From Bugula neritina (lineage: Eukaryota; Animalia; Bryozoa): DNA of 64,000 nt. Below, one piece after another: positions 1-21,202 of the stretch. The stretch's first letter is position 1; each line of letters begins with the position of its first letter. The translations under genes were made by a program, and so were the position numbers. A model generated the notes under the pieces. That model worked only from the letters and a program-made list of their open reading frames with translations. It ran no database searches and had not been told where the DNA came from. Location: contig OZ037770.1 of the NCBI GenBank assembly GCA_964035545.1, positions 14,250,642-14,314,641 on the forward strand, in the 5' to 3' direction.

Positions 1-877
1 TTCATGCAAACTGATTGCACTACTAAAACAAGAATTGTAGCTATTGTGTTCGTAATTCTTATTATTACTATCAACGCCAAGTCTTTAATCAGGGAACTAA
101 GAGCTAATTCATATCAGGATGAACAAGGTGATAAAGCAGATGGATTAAGAGAGGACATATTACTTAGAGTCTTAGACCATTAGAGGAATTCTATTAGAGC
201 AGGAATCATCTCCCACGTGAATATGACATAAAAAGCTAGCCACTGAAATATATGAAAGATTGTAAACAACCCAGAAATCTGTTAGCAAAATGAAAATGAG
301 GCCATCCCATTGAGAGTATTGAAAAGATAATTGATAACAATAGTTTATTCCAGACATGCTTTTCCCTGGAATTGATTACATATCTTGCAATAAAGTAGCC
401 AAAGTATGTGTCCCCTGACCCCCCCCCCCCACTGATGTTGCTGGGAACTTATTCTACAGTGCAGTTGGATGTAAACATTTAGAATACAAAGTAACTCATA
501 CATAGGAAAGTTCATGGAATAGGGGAGGTGTTCGTGGAACATGTTGGAACAGAGCCAGGTGCCAGGGAAGCTACTAAAAGTTGGGTGCAAGCGGACTTAA
601 ACTAAACCAGTCTAGTGCTTTTTTCCCTCCACTTTTATGCATTGATGAAGGCTATTGCCAAGTATTACTGCTTTCCAAGCATTGAAACAGGAATTCATGT
701 ACTGGGACTGCATGGGTTAAGGAAAATAAACTTTACTACGACATCCAACAATCTCACTGCCAAACTGCAACTATTGCACAGGTAGGAAATTATTCAAAAG
801 ATTGCAGTAAAAAGATTGCAATGTTTTTATTAGCTGGCAGCCAACTAGTCAAGGCTTAGCAATCGTATGAGAAAATA

Positions 878-1104
878 TAGCCTGAGTGAATAGTTAGCAT
901 AGCCTGAATATACAGTTAGCATAGCCTGAGTGTACAGCTAACATAGCCTGAGTGTATAGTCAGCATAGCCTGAGTGAATAGTTAGCATAGCCTGAGTGTA
1001 TAGTTAGCATAGCCTGAGTGAACAATTAGCACAGCCTGAGTATATAGCTAGCATAGCCTGAGTGTGTAGTTAGCATAGCCTGAGTGTACAGCTAGCATAG
1101 CCTG
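878..1104. repeat. 22-bp minisatellite (TAGCCTGAGTGTATAGTTAGCA), about 10 copies, in a hexokinase intron
   Basis: Directly visible tandem units ending about 10 nt from the exon 6B donor. Confidence 0.95.
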
Positions 1105-1113
1105 CGATCATAC

Positions 1114-1213
1114 CTAGTATGAGGCCAATACCACAAGCCCGGTCTTCATATGCACCAGTCATCAGGGTGCCTACTGCATCGTTTAGTATAGCCACTACTT
1201 CTACGTTAATATC
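1114..1213 (-). CDS. HK: Hexokinase alternative exon 6B
   Basis: Bounded by ttgcAG|GAT and CTAG|GTatga; 100 nt, phase 0 to 1, [33 protein letters not shown](G). Confidence 0.93.
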
Positions 1214-4200
1214 CTGCAAGCAAATCAGCACTTCATGATTTAGAAGCCGACAGTTATGAGAGGAGCTGTAAGTTCCCGAGAAGTACATATCTCTAACTAA
1301 CCAATGAGCTGGTTACACCAATGAACACTGAACGAAGAATAGCAGACGTGAAAGGAAAGGATGGGCAAAGATGACAACTTCATAACTGAAAGAGAGCAAA
1401 CATTGGAAACACAACTCCTGAACACGACAGCTAAGGTTCCATCATACAGTACTGTGTTGCCTTACAGACCCTGTGTAGAGTAGGTGGGGAGAATGTAACT
1501 AGGCTGAGGAATGTTAGGGGTGTACCGGCAGGTTACTCTGACTGGCGCAGCCCTAACAGAGAACAGACAGACTAAGCAGAGCATGCGGAGAGATGCCCAT
1601 ACCTAGACCAAGTCCCACAACAGTGTCTCTATCATAGTACGAGCCTGTAAGTAGGACCCCCACAGAGTCGTTGATGATAGCTATAACTCTTAGTCTAGCA
1701 GGGAAACCCTAAAATAGATTTTATCTGCCAATTGATAAGTGAAGAGTGCTTTACTCCAAGATGATCTTTTATTTATACTTATCCAAACCTAATCATTAAA
1801 TAAAACAAACAATTCACAAATATTCTCTTCTAAGCCTCACATTGGACAATTTGTGTGCTTTGTTACCACCAAAAATAAAAATATAAAAAGCTCCATCATG
1901 AGTAAATTAACTAAATAAGTCACAACTAAATATGTCATGAACATGACACTTGCAGCCCGTGTCACAATACCACACATAAAACACATGATGGCATGTGTCA
2001 CATAACCAGGTCGGTCATACCACCCAACGCCATGTGTCATAACTGCATATGTCATAGGCATGTCACCAGTATGCTTACATATAACCTCCTGACAATCTGA
2101 CTGAAGATGCCACATAGCTCCACATGTCAGTATGTGTCACATGTTGACACAGCAAAAGCACCTGCTACGCAGTGCCTGCTGCAGATTTCACTCAAATAAT
2201 TCACTGCATTACCTTCCGTCTTTCGATCGCCGCTTCCAACATCTCCACAACATCCTGCATGACTGTGTCGGTGCACTTGAACTTCTTGGTCCAGGTTAGC
2301 AGCAGTGCATTTCTCAGACTACTTTGGATCATTGGGAAGGAAAAAGTAAATCCTAAAATATAAATCACAATACTTAGAATAATATTTTAGAAAATATTCT
2401 AATACTTATAACCCAGCACAGTTTCGATAAAATGATGGTTTTCGAAAACAATATTGTCAAATCCTAAGGAAATGTTAGACATAAAAGTCTTGTTAATTTT
2501 TCAAAGCTTTCCAACTACCTGTATTCACTTTTTAAAAACTCTGGGCATTAGCTTGGAGCAAATTTATCCTGATTCAAAATCATTTCCAAATTATTCGACT
2601 CAAAGGGCATTTACCACTGAATAGCAGCTAAGCTAAACACAATAAATAGAAGCCATTACCTAGAGGTATAGGGCTGGCAGATTTGATGTTCTCCGAGTGT
2701 AGAAGTTTTGCTATACTATCAGCTAAATAATCAAATAGACTGGCTCCAGTACCTGTCAGTATTCTACAAAACATGGTATCCATATTTACGCAATAACTAT
2801 CAGTGTAATTGGAAATTAACCCAGAAATATATATTCAGAAAAACTAATTATTAATCAAATTGGAAATTGACATACATCCGGGAAATAAACATCAACAAAA
2901 TCATATCAAGGTCAAGTTTCATCAGTAAGACGTGCAGTGAGCAGTATAATATGTACATCAATCAAATGAGAGAGAAGACAACAACCAATTCTACGGCAGT
3001 CTGAATCATAGGTTACAGTCAAGAGCAATGGCCATTTTTGTAGTCTATAATGCTGCATCATCAGCATAAACTCAGACCACGGCCTGAGTTCTTGTAGTAT
3101 AGACTTACGGGTCGGGTATGACATAATGCTGCATAATCTCCTTAGTCTTCTTCCCTGCTCTCATCTCCATGTATATGACCCGGAAGTTAGTTCCACCTAG
3201 ATCTAGGGCTAGAAAATCTCCATTTTCTACAAAATTCAAAATCTTAATCTAAGAAAATATTTGTGTACAAGTTGCCCGCTCTCTCCATGACAGGATTTTA
3301 GGCTAATATTTACAGCTACAACATGTTTCAACTGCTGCCGATTGTTTGGTAAACAAATGCTGCCACATGAACAAATATTTACATAACTGTTTGCACAAGA
3401 GAAATCAATGCCAATATCAGCTGATATTTGCAAAGGTCAGGCAAAGAAAAAAGATCTACAATCATTCTGATAAACTTGAAATTGCTGTGTGAGGGTTTAG
3501 TGAAAAATAAAGTAAATATTATGCAATGTGATTGCCTGCTTAATAAATCTGTTATTTGCATGTACAAGTTTGAAACCAGGAAGCAAGCCAATACAATAAA
3601 TCAACTTACTACAATTTACTTTACACTTTTTAACTTACTTATTATTCATAACTTACCTTATACGTATGACTTACTTCAACTAACAATCAACTTATAATCA
3701 ACTAAGAAGCTGAAAATGCAGGAAATAAGCAAATTTCTGAGACTAGAGAGACCTAACAAAAGAAGTGAATTAAACTGGTGACTTCATTGGTTATACCCCA
3801 AGATCACAGGTGTTTACTGCACTCTAGTTCAGTAGAGAGAGCGGGCAAATCCGAAATACTTGTATTGTGACCACGTAAACAACTCTATAGCTAGCACATT
3901 ACAATAAACTTGCTAAATATTAATAGTAGGGGGTTTCACTCAGCGTTGCCAATCCACGTAGTATTGCAAATGTGCACGCCCTGCTATGGTCATGCTAGTT
4001 GCTCTACCATATAACGTGCAGCTAAAAACAAGCCCTACTACTTTTCTAGTGCATATAAAAAAAGAGAAGATAATTCTAAAAACCGGCTGATCAACGGTTT
4101 TTTATTCCACTGCTTAGTATCAGGTCATTAATAAACTGGTCTATCAGCTTATTTTTGAGCCACAAAAATACAATTTTTACCTCCAATAAACAAATTAGAA

Positions 4201-6685
4201 TAGTACATGAAATAGCAATAGTATTGTATATATAAAAAGTATATTCTAATTTTCATTATCAACAAACACCAGTAGCAAAGTAATGAAACAGTTGATATAA
4301 GGTGTACTACACACCTGTGCCGTTTATAGTTTCGTGAACAAAAGTGTTCTCCATTTGCAAAGAGCTTTTCTTCCTGTCTTCAGGGTTTCGACTCAACCCG
4401 AGTTTCATTTCCGTCTCCATAACGGACATAATCTGCTCCATGGTGGTCTGAGTGAGGAAAAACTGGCCAAGGACATTGCGAACCTGCCGGTAAACGTAAC
4501 ACGGTAAACACGATGTCTGTCTGTTTGTCTGCCAGTACAAGCTACACGGTAAACACGATGTCTGTCTGCGTGTCTATCAGCATATTATATAGTAAGGCAG
4601 TCTGTTGCATTCAATCAAGAGTTTTAAAATATATGTAGCTGCGTCTGACTCTTGAAAAAGGCCAACACTAAAACTTATGCCAGTCAAACTACTGCTTCAA
4701 TTTTTCATTCATAGAATAGTTCATTAGAAATACATGTGAGTAAACCAACTTCCTTTACATATGTCTATTAGTGGATATATGTTTTATTGTTTACTAAAAT
4801 TACCACCACATTCCAATATCGTATGAAATAAAACATTAATAAGCATGATCCTGACTGACATTTAGGAAAAGATAACTCCTAAGTATATAGAAACTACGAA
4901 ATCTCAACCCTCTCTCTCCTGTGACCTTTTGTAAGATAGCAAAGTGTACCGAAATCTTTTTAACATAAAGCAGACAACATTCTGCTTAGCAAAAAATTAC
5001 ACATTTAGTTGGACTTATACCAAAAATATGCAAGCATCAACAATAAAAGTAATTTTAGATTTCCATGTTAGTTTTACAAACTTGACCTTGTGCGATATGC
5101 TATGATTATCGTTACTAAAATAATGTAATATATCATAATACAATAAATATATTCTGAACCACATCCTTAAAGCTATGGTCATATGTAAACATTCTTTGTA
5201 CATCAACTGCTCCATGGCTTCCAGACAAACATGTTTGTAACAATCTTGCGTAACATAAATATTTTATGAAGCAATATGACTGCCATATAATCTGATCCAG
5301 CATTTGATGAATTACTTAGGCATTGTTATTATTTAATTGGAGACAAATGGTAGCAAATTGATGCACTCTGAATTCTTGAGTTGAACTAGTGAAGCTAAAA
5401 AAACACAAGTAGATCTTTAATCTGATAAAAATGCGTATAGTGTGCCAAGTCGTATCATATTACCAACTAGCGTATCATATTACCAACTAGCGCTGGAAAA
5501 TCTACTAGATATTCTTTACTATAAGTCAGCAGTTAAATTTGAGATTATATTGCCAGGTGGAAACAACTCTTACAAAGATGTTTTCTAATGGCAAGTGTTA
5601 GTAGTGTTTGCACATTGTGAGTAGTATTGGTTATATCGAAACTTGGTAACGTTGGGAATTGTCTGACCATAAAAAACTGTTGCCCTGGATCCATCCTATC
5701 AGAGATACTGAATTAACAATAATTTCTTTGACTAAACACTTTAGTTATAACTACTGCAGTTTAATATTTTCTAAGGGAACTAGAATTGTGAGACACACCA
5801 TATCTTTTTGTTCAAATATAATTAATAACTAAAGAACATTTATGTTCATACTTCGAAAATGAAAATAAAAATTTAAACATGCGAAAATTCATCAAATAAA
5901 CAATGAGTAATATCGCACAATCGTGTAAATAAAACGTCTAAAAATTCGGAAGCAGGGAACACTAGGCCCAAAGTGAAAGGGAATATTTCATGCTGGTACC
6001 TTGAGGTAATTTGCATTTACTTCAAAGTGTAACACATCACAGCATATTGTACCGGTCGGGATACATTGAGACTACTGATACATCCGTAATACTTACGCTT
6101 CAGACATTTGAGTTATAAATTACAACTGGAATACAAATTAAACTTAAAAACCAGGAAATAAGCAACTATTCCACAAAACATAAAAAATATAATTTGGTTA
6201 TTTGTGGAGACAGCTACAGTGACCATCATTGTGACTATCACTATGTCTATTCTATTACAGTACAGCATCTCCATGAGTTCATGATAATGAGTATCACTAT
6301 CACTGTGACTATCGTTCAGTACCATTGTGACAGTCTGAGTCTCACTATCTGTCATCTATAGTAATAGTAATAGTAATACTAAAACTAAGTCTAATACTAT
6401 AGTAATAATTATAGTTATACTGTTATAGAAATAGTGAAGACTGAAGTTATACTAAGTATGAGTATCACTCTGTTATACTTGTAGTATTACTATTAGTAGT
6501 ATTATATTTAGTTATACTTGTACAATCTTGTACTACTACTTGCACTCACTGACTCAGTACTTCAACTTGTGATTCAAATTGAAATTCACTTGAAATTGTG
6601 TAAAAAAACTAACTTTTTCCAGTTTCTCCGAATTATTTGGCAGATTAAGATTGAGCCTGACTTTTTCAATAACTGATCCTTCCAT
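1114..6685 (-). CDS. HK: Hexokinase, 5' part (3' exons run off the left edge)
   Basis: Phase-compatible GT-AG exons: 6685-6614 (MEGSVIEK...), 4483-4315 (...[10 protein letters not shown]), 3226-3109 ([15 protein letters not shown], phosphate-1 motif), 2763-2660 (LFDYLADSI...PLG), 2352-2213 (GFTFSFP...LLTWTKKFK, sugar-binding motif), then 1708-1603 or 1213-1114 (ND-x-VG catalytic motif). Confidence 0.96.
1603..1708 (-). CDS. HK: Hexokinase alternative exon 6A (paralog of exon 1114-1213)
   Basis: Bounded by ctattttAG|GGT and CTAG|GTatgg; 106 nt, phase 0 to 1, open frame [35 protein letters not shown](G), collinear with exon 6B. Not in the ORF track. Confidence 0.85.
6220..6600. repeat. Degenerate 6-nt-periodic ACT/AGT-rich low-complexity tract at the start of hexokinase intron 1
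   Basis: Runs such as gtgact-atcact-atgtct and agtaat-agtaat-actaaa; translation gives alternating-residue patterns ([15 protein letters not shown]). Confidence 0.7.
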
Positions 6686-7940
6686 TATCGATTGGTAGCT
6701 TGCTGAAATGACTTGCACCAACAATTACACAGCACCTCCTAGTTCTACTTCTAGTTATTCAATCCATTCATTGACAAAAAATCTAACGTGACCAGAATAG
6801 TAGCCTTAGTGTTGACAATTTCGCAAAAATATTATCGGCGCTGTATAGTATTAATAGGTGAGTGCGTCCTTTTCTGGATGTAATTAGGATACCCAAATTA
6901 ACCTTGCAAAAATTTTAGAATCGCTGAAAGCAGCACTAAGTCGCGAGCGACTAAACATAGTATTTGTATAAACACTATTGTTCGAACTCCAAACTTCCTC
7001 ATAATAATATGAATTATGAAGTCAAAATTTTTCAACTACTGCACTCAGTGACCAATAACTTAGCATTGCTTTAAGCGATTTTCTACTAGTCACGTCCTAT
7101 GGAATGTATTATAAGGAAGTTGTATTCCCACGAGAAACAGGGATGCTTTGCAGAAGTTTTAATGATCATTTCATAGCATAATATTTATTTTTGTTTAATC
7201 ATGTCTGTTGCTCCCATTTTAAAATTTAAAAGAGTACCAGAGAAAAATAGAGATATAATGCTGTAAGAATATTATTGACAGATAGAAAAGAAACAAGGAA
7301 TAGATAATAATAAATTCAAGGTCTTATAATTACAGATTTACATTTCATGCACAATTGTCAGTTTGTAAGCCGTGAAAGAATTGGCTCGTGAAAGTCAAAT
7401 ATGAGCAACTCTTTTAAATTAATGTGTTTTAAACTTTATAATAATAATTGTTATATACACACATATGCAAGGTAATCTATACTATGTAGAATTTATAATA
7501 TTAAAAACATATAGCCTATGTATGTACTTCGAAAACCGTGGTTTTAACCACAATATTATAAGCAAGAAAGCTCCTATGAAAAAATTCTGATGAAAATCCA
7601 ATTTATCTCATTCTATATAATAGTTTTACAAATGTAGATACTACTTTTTATTTACTAACCAATTTTTTTAAAATAATATTTCAAAATATTTTAAGATATG
7701 CAAAAGCTAGTGTGAAATTATTTATATATTGAAATAGCATACAGATCAGCTTGCACATAACGCAATAAAATATTTCAGCATGTTTAAAACATTTTCCAAA
7801 GTTTATTTATAGCATGAAACAAATAAAAATAGAAAATCATAACATTTAGACTATAAATAGTTTTTTGTAGCAGCCATTTTTGTACATGTCACTAGTAATT
7901 ATGTGCTAACTTAGCGTAATAATAGCCCAAAACGTATTTT

Positions 7941-16212
<8,272 letters not shown>

Positions 16213-17141
16213 CCAGCTGTCCGATTGTATGCATCTACGTAAAAATCATTGGTATATGGTGAAAGAAATGATTAAAAACTAGATAGGTGTGCTAGAATTT
16301 ATACAGCATAATATAGAGTAAAGTGAAATAGAACGGACAGCCAAATGGTACAGCATAGAAACAATTACTAGCTATTGTATACTTTATAGAAGTTGGCAAA
16401 ATTGCAGCCCACTAGATATGAACTTTGGTTAGCATTTTATTTTGGCTTTCAGCAATTGCTTTAATCAATAATCTTGGTAAAACCAATATGTTTACAAATT
16501 AACACCTCCACTAGATAGGTATACAGGTCAGAATATTCCCATTGGGGACATACTAAAAGAAAATGTATATTTATTCATCTTTAAAAGATTGCTATTAATT
16601 TATAAAACAGCGTCAAAATCACTAAAGTAACAGCTCAAATAAGTTTATTAAACAGCATTATAGGATTGCCTATTACTAGTTTCATGAATTCTATTATTTT
16701 ACTGGTTTCAAACATAATATAGGCTGAAAAAGCAATATTAGTTCTCTCACTTTTGCTTACTACATTGCTTGGAAGGCCATCATAATTAGATTAGATCAAA
16801 GAAATGTGTTGACAGGTAGACTGGAACAGGCCTAAAATTTGCAAGGTATAATTTAAATTTATCTGGCCTGAAATTGCTGAAACTGACAATACAATATTAT
16901 GAGAAACGAGCACGGTTTTTTATTAAAGCTAGCAAAAATAATTCCTCTACATATAATTAACATACAGTCCATACATATAATATATTACTATGTCCAGGCA
17001 GCAGTGCTTGTTCTAGCCAAAAGAAAACTGATTTAATGGCCGCCAAGAAATTTATGGCACACAGTGGCATTGTCACATTTTTAATATTCAAAATTACAGT
17101 TCTAATCTATCAATCATTTTATCAATACTACTATACTATAT

Positions 17142-17201
17142 CTACTACTACTACTACTACCACTACTACTGCTGCTACTACTGCTACTACTGCTGCTACT
17201 G

Positions 17202-17233
<32 letters not shown>

Positions 17234-17272
17234 ACTACTACTGGCACTACTACTGCTACTGCCACTGCTACC
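17142..17272. repeat. (CTA)/(CTG)n trinucleotide repeat
   Basis: Directly visible. Confidence 0.95.
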
Positions 17273-18852
17273 ATACTGCTGAGTAATGCAAGCTAAGTAA
17301 TTTAAATTAAAATTAAAAAAATTATCGGACTTTCTTTTCTATTACCTGTCCAGTTTAGCATTTCTTTCATCATAGCTTGCCATAGTAACTTGAAAATTCA
17401 CAGGGTTTGAGTTAGACCTATGGAATATACTTACAAGTAGAATGAACCCACAGTTCTACAATAGATCATAAAAACATTCAAAATAAAACTATAGGAAAAC
17501 CAAGTAAATGCTTCTAAGTATTATCACAAGTAAAGATGCTATGCAATCCATCCAAGATGCAGTCAAATGTCTCAAAATAAGCATCAGAGTTATAAATATA
17601 AAATGTTACCAAATCAAGGCTGGCAACACTTCTGTTGTTCTGATAGCAAATTTTGCTTAATAAAGTAAGGAAACCAGCTTCTCTTCCATAAATATTTTAG
17701 TATGAAAGTATCGAATAACTTGATAAAAATGTATGCTGATTAAAAATGTGACTAAAAGCAATATTTATATGACTAATTTGGAGTTATCTAACCTTGCCCC
17801 ACTGGATGACAAGATGATGATATGGATAATAGGCAGCAGTGCATGGTGAGAGATGAAATCATTACTTACTGCATATATTCAGAGAAACCAGGTAATCATT
17901 CATTATGCAAAAACTGTATTGAAATTGAAAAGAGGCTTCCTACTACTTATAGCAGTTTCTTGTATCATCATACAACTTGAGTCTCATTGATTAGAACCAA
18001 CATGCTGCATTTACATATATACATGCATGCACATACACACATGCATATATATTATTCAATGGGCAAATGTAGTAAACCACCAGCTCTCACATGAAATAAA
18101 AACTTAAGGTGGTTTTCTCCCCAATGCTTACTACAGCAACTTAAAAATCCACTATATCAAAGATCAATGAAAACAGCTTGTACCAATCGTCAGTTCTGTA
18201 TTATATCATTAAAACAAATTTTTAAAGCTGCCAAAAGTGACGAATTCTTATCATGAGATACCTAGCAAATTACTCATTAAAATCACATTTGGATACTACA
18301 CATAATAAACATAATATGCAGTAAGATGGTTCAAAAGCAGCACCACAGTTACAAAATCAACAAAGGGACAACATACTGTTAAGCAAGCAAAACTAAATCA
18401 TTTTAATAGTAAATGCACAGCTAAATGAAATTACTAGTAATTTGTCTAGTTTCACCCAACCAACCACTTTTCACAAATGAATATATAACTATATGCATAT
18501 TAGTATTGTAAATGTTATTATGAGCATTAATCTGATTAGGTGACTGAAATCAGACATATAATCATACTTTCAAAAATGGTATAAGTTTTGTACACGGTAC
18601 ACATCAATATAAATTAACTGAAATACAAGTTTGGTACTATTTGGTAGTTAGCCTTACTTTTAGTGAAAACTAAAAGTAAATGGGTAAATAATTTTAACTA
18701 AATTAAAATGTTTATGTTGAGCTCAGTCAAAATCAGAATCATAATGAATGTTTAATACTTATTTTTAATCTTAGTTATACTAATACTAAAACTAAAAGCC
18801 ATAACATTAAAGAGTAATATAGATTAAAGTTTAAGTCCAAACAGTTATACCT

Positions 18853-19404
<552 letters not shown>

Positions 19405-19499
19405 TTATATCTAATACCTATACTAGTAGTAACCACTAGCATAAGAATTAAATGCAATAAAGAAGTAAACTTATAGCATCATTCAAGTGGTTATTCGGT

Positions 19500-21200
19500 A
19501 GATTAAGTTATTATTTATTTTGTATACAAAATGACACTGACAGTAACTGTAAGTGTAACTCTATAGTGTCACAGCCCTTCCTCCCTCTAGGGTGCTCCAG
19601 TTTGAGTTTGATTATCACTTCCAGTAGTAATAGTGTTATCAGAAAGAGAATGGCTATTTGATAGTCATAATTATAATTAATATGATTGTCATTGACATGT
19701 TCATTATGATCACCTAGTATCAGGATAATTCTGATAACCAAATTAAACTTAACGATAATCAATATAATTATAATAATATTGATAATGATAATAACTATAA
19801 GTATAACATTATTGATTATATTTATAATCATAATGATCATCAGTATCACTATCAGTATAGCTCTAACTCCAAGTCTATGAGTATCAGTATGAGTATAACT
19901 ATAACTATAAGTATATCATTATCATGTATCAGTGCGAGTGTATCACATTCAGATTCACTGATACCCATAGTCATACTATGACTATCACTATGACTATCAG
20001 TATAACTATAAGTATGACTATCAGTATCACTATGAGTCAAACTGTATATGTAATTGTATGACTGTGAGTATGCTGTATGAGTATAAAGTATAAGTATAAT
20101 GTTAAACTCAAGCTATAATAGAATTATAATAATAATAATAATTTAATAAATATAATTGAACTTATTACTTAGACTTAAACTTAAAGTTAAAGATAATCTT
20201 TACATCGATTTAATAATTGAAATCATTAAACTACTACTACAGTTAAAGATGTAGTAAATTTTGAACTAGTTCCAATTTCAATTTAATTTAGTGATTTGCA
20301 GTGAATAAACTTGGAGTTGGTTAGAAATTTAGATAAAGTATTAAATTTGGTAGTTAGAGACTTCTTATCATCAGTTGTCTGTGAGCACGATTTGCTACGA
20401 GCTACTTTGCGACTCTATGATGACCTTGACTATATTATACTGAAGAGCTTTCATCGTGAACTGACCGTGACGTTTTTAATTTAAACAACGTTTGGCGCAG
20501 CACAAAATGTATGGTCGCTGAGTGCAGTAGTTGAAAGCTAGGGGATTGGGCTTAGAGTTTAGACAACTCACACTCATGTGGTGCGCTTAAAATCTGGACA
20601 CTCACTCCTGTTACTTCAACGACAACTGTTACTAATTTGATTTAGTTTAATTTAATTTCTTTTATTTAATTTGAGTTTTCGTACTTTATATTTTTTAATT
20701 CAATCTGATCATTATAATTGCTAGTTTAAAAGTGACGCATTGATGGCTGAAAGTAATGACAATACATCACTCAGTTTGACAGTTTCAATGTCTCAATCAA
20801 TATGAATATCAATATCACTCATCACTGTCATTGTATCAATCATTCAATGTGAATCAGAATGTATGACTTAATAGTATTAGTTATAGTAATGTCTTAGTGA
20901 TATTGATAATGACTAATGATAATGATAGTAATACTAATTAGTAATTAGTATTGTACTCATATTATGACTATGAGTATACTATGAGTCATAGGCCATAGCT
21001 ATAGTCATGGTGATACTGATAGAGATAAAACTGACATTCAAGTTCACGGAAACTGATAGTGATATTCTATTTCGGATTTTAATTCATTATCGTTATGATT
21101 ATTATTATAATATTAAAAATAATGATAATTTATTATTATTTAATATAAAATTAAATGAATATAAGTTATATTTATAATCATAATGGTATGAATTATGAAC
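19500..21200. promoter_or_regulatory. Putative promoter core (about 20340-20640, CpG-containing) flanked on both sides by 6-nt-periodic ACT/AGT-rich tracts
   Basis: Local CpG/GC enrichment between two low-complexity periodic blocks (19500-20300 and 20740-21200), upstream of the minus-strand FTP/FN3 gene. Promoter status is inferred, not shown. Confidence 0.4.
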
Positions 21201-21202
21201 TT

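Noticed and set aside
878-1104. CRISPR-like array (also 41889-42175 and 62743-62848)
   Set aside because: Head-to-tail units with no unique spacers, no cas genes, and a eukaryotic intronic context.
1837-2115. A third hexokinase alternative exon
   Set aside because: No frame resembles the ND-x-VG exon.
3270-3850. 14-bp inverted pair ttgcccgctctctc/gagagagcgggcaa, and a similar imperfect pair at 6915-7085
   Set aside because: Probably old transposon remnants; no termini or TSD could be defined.
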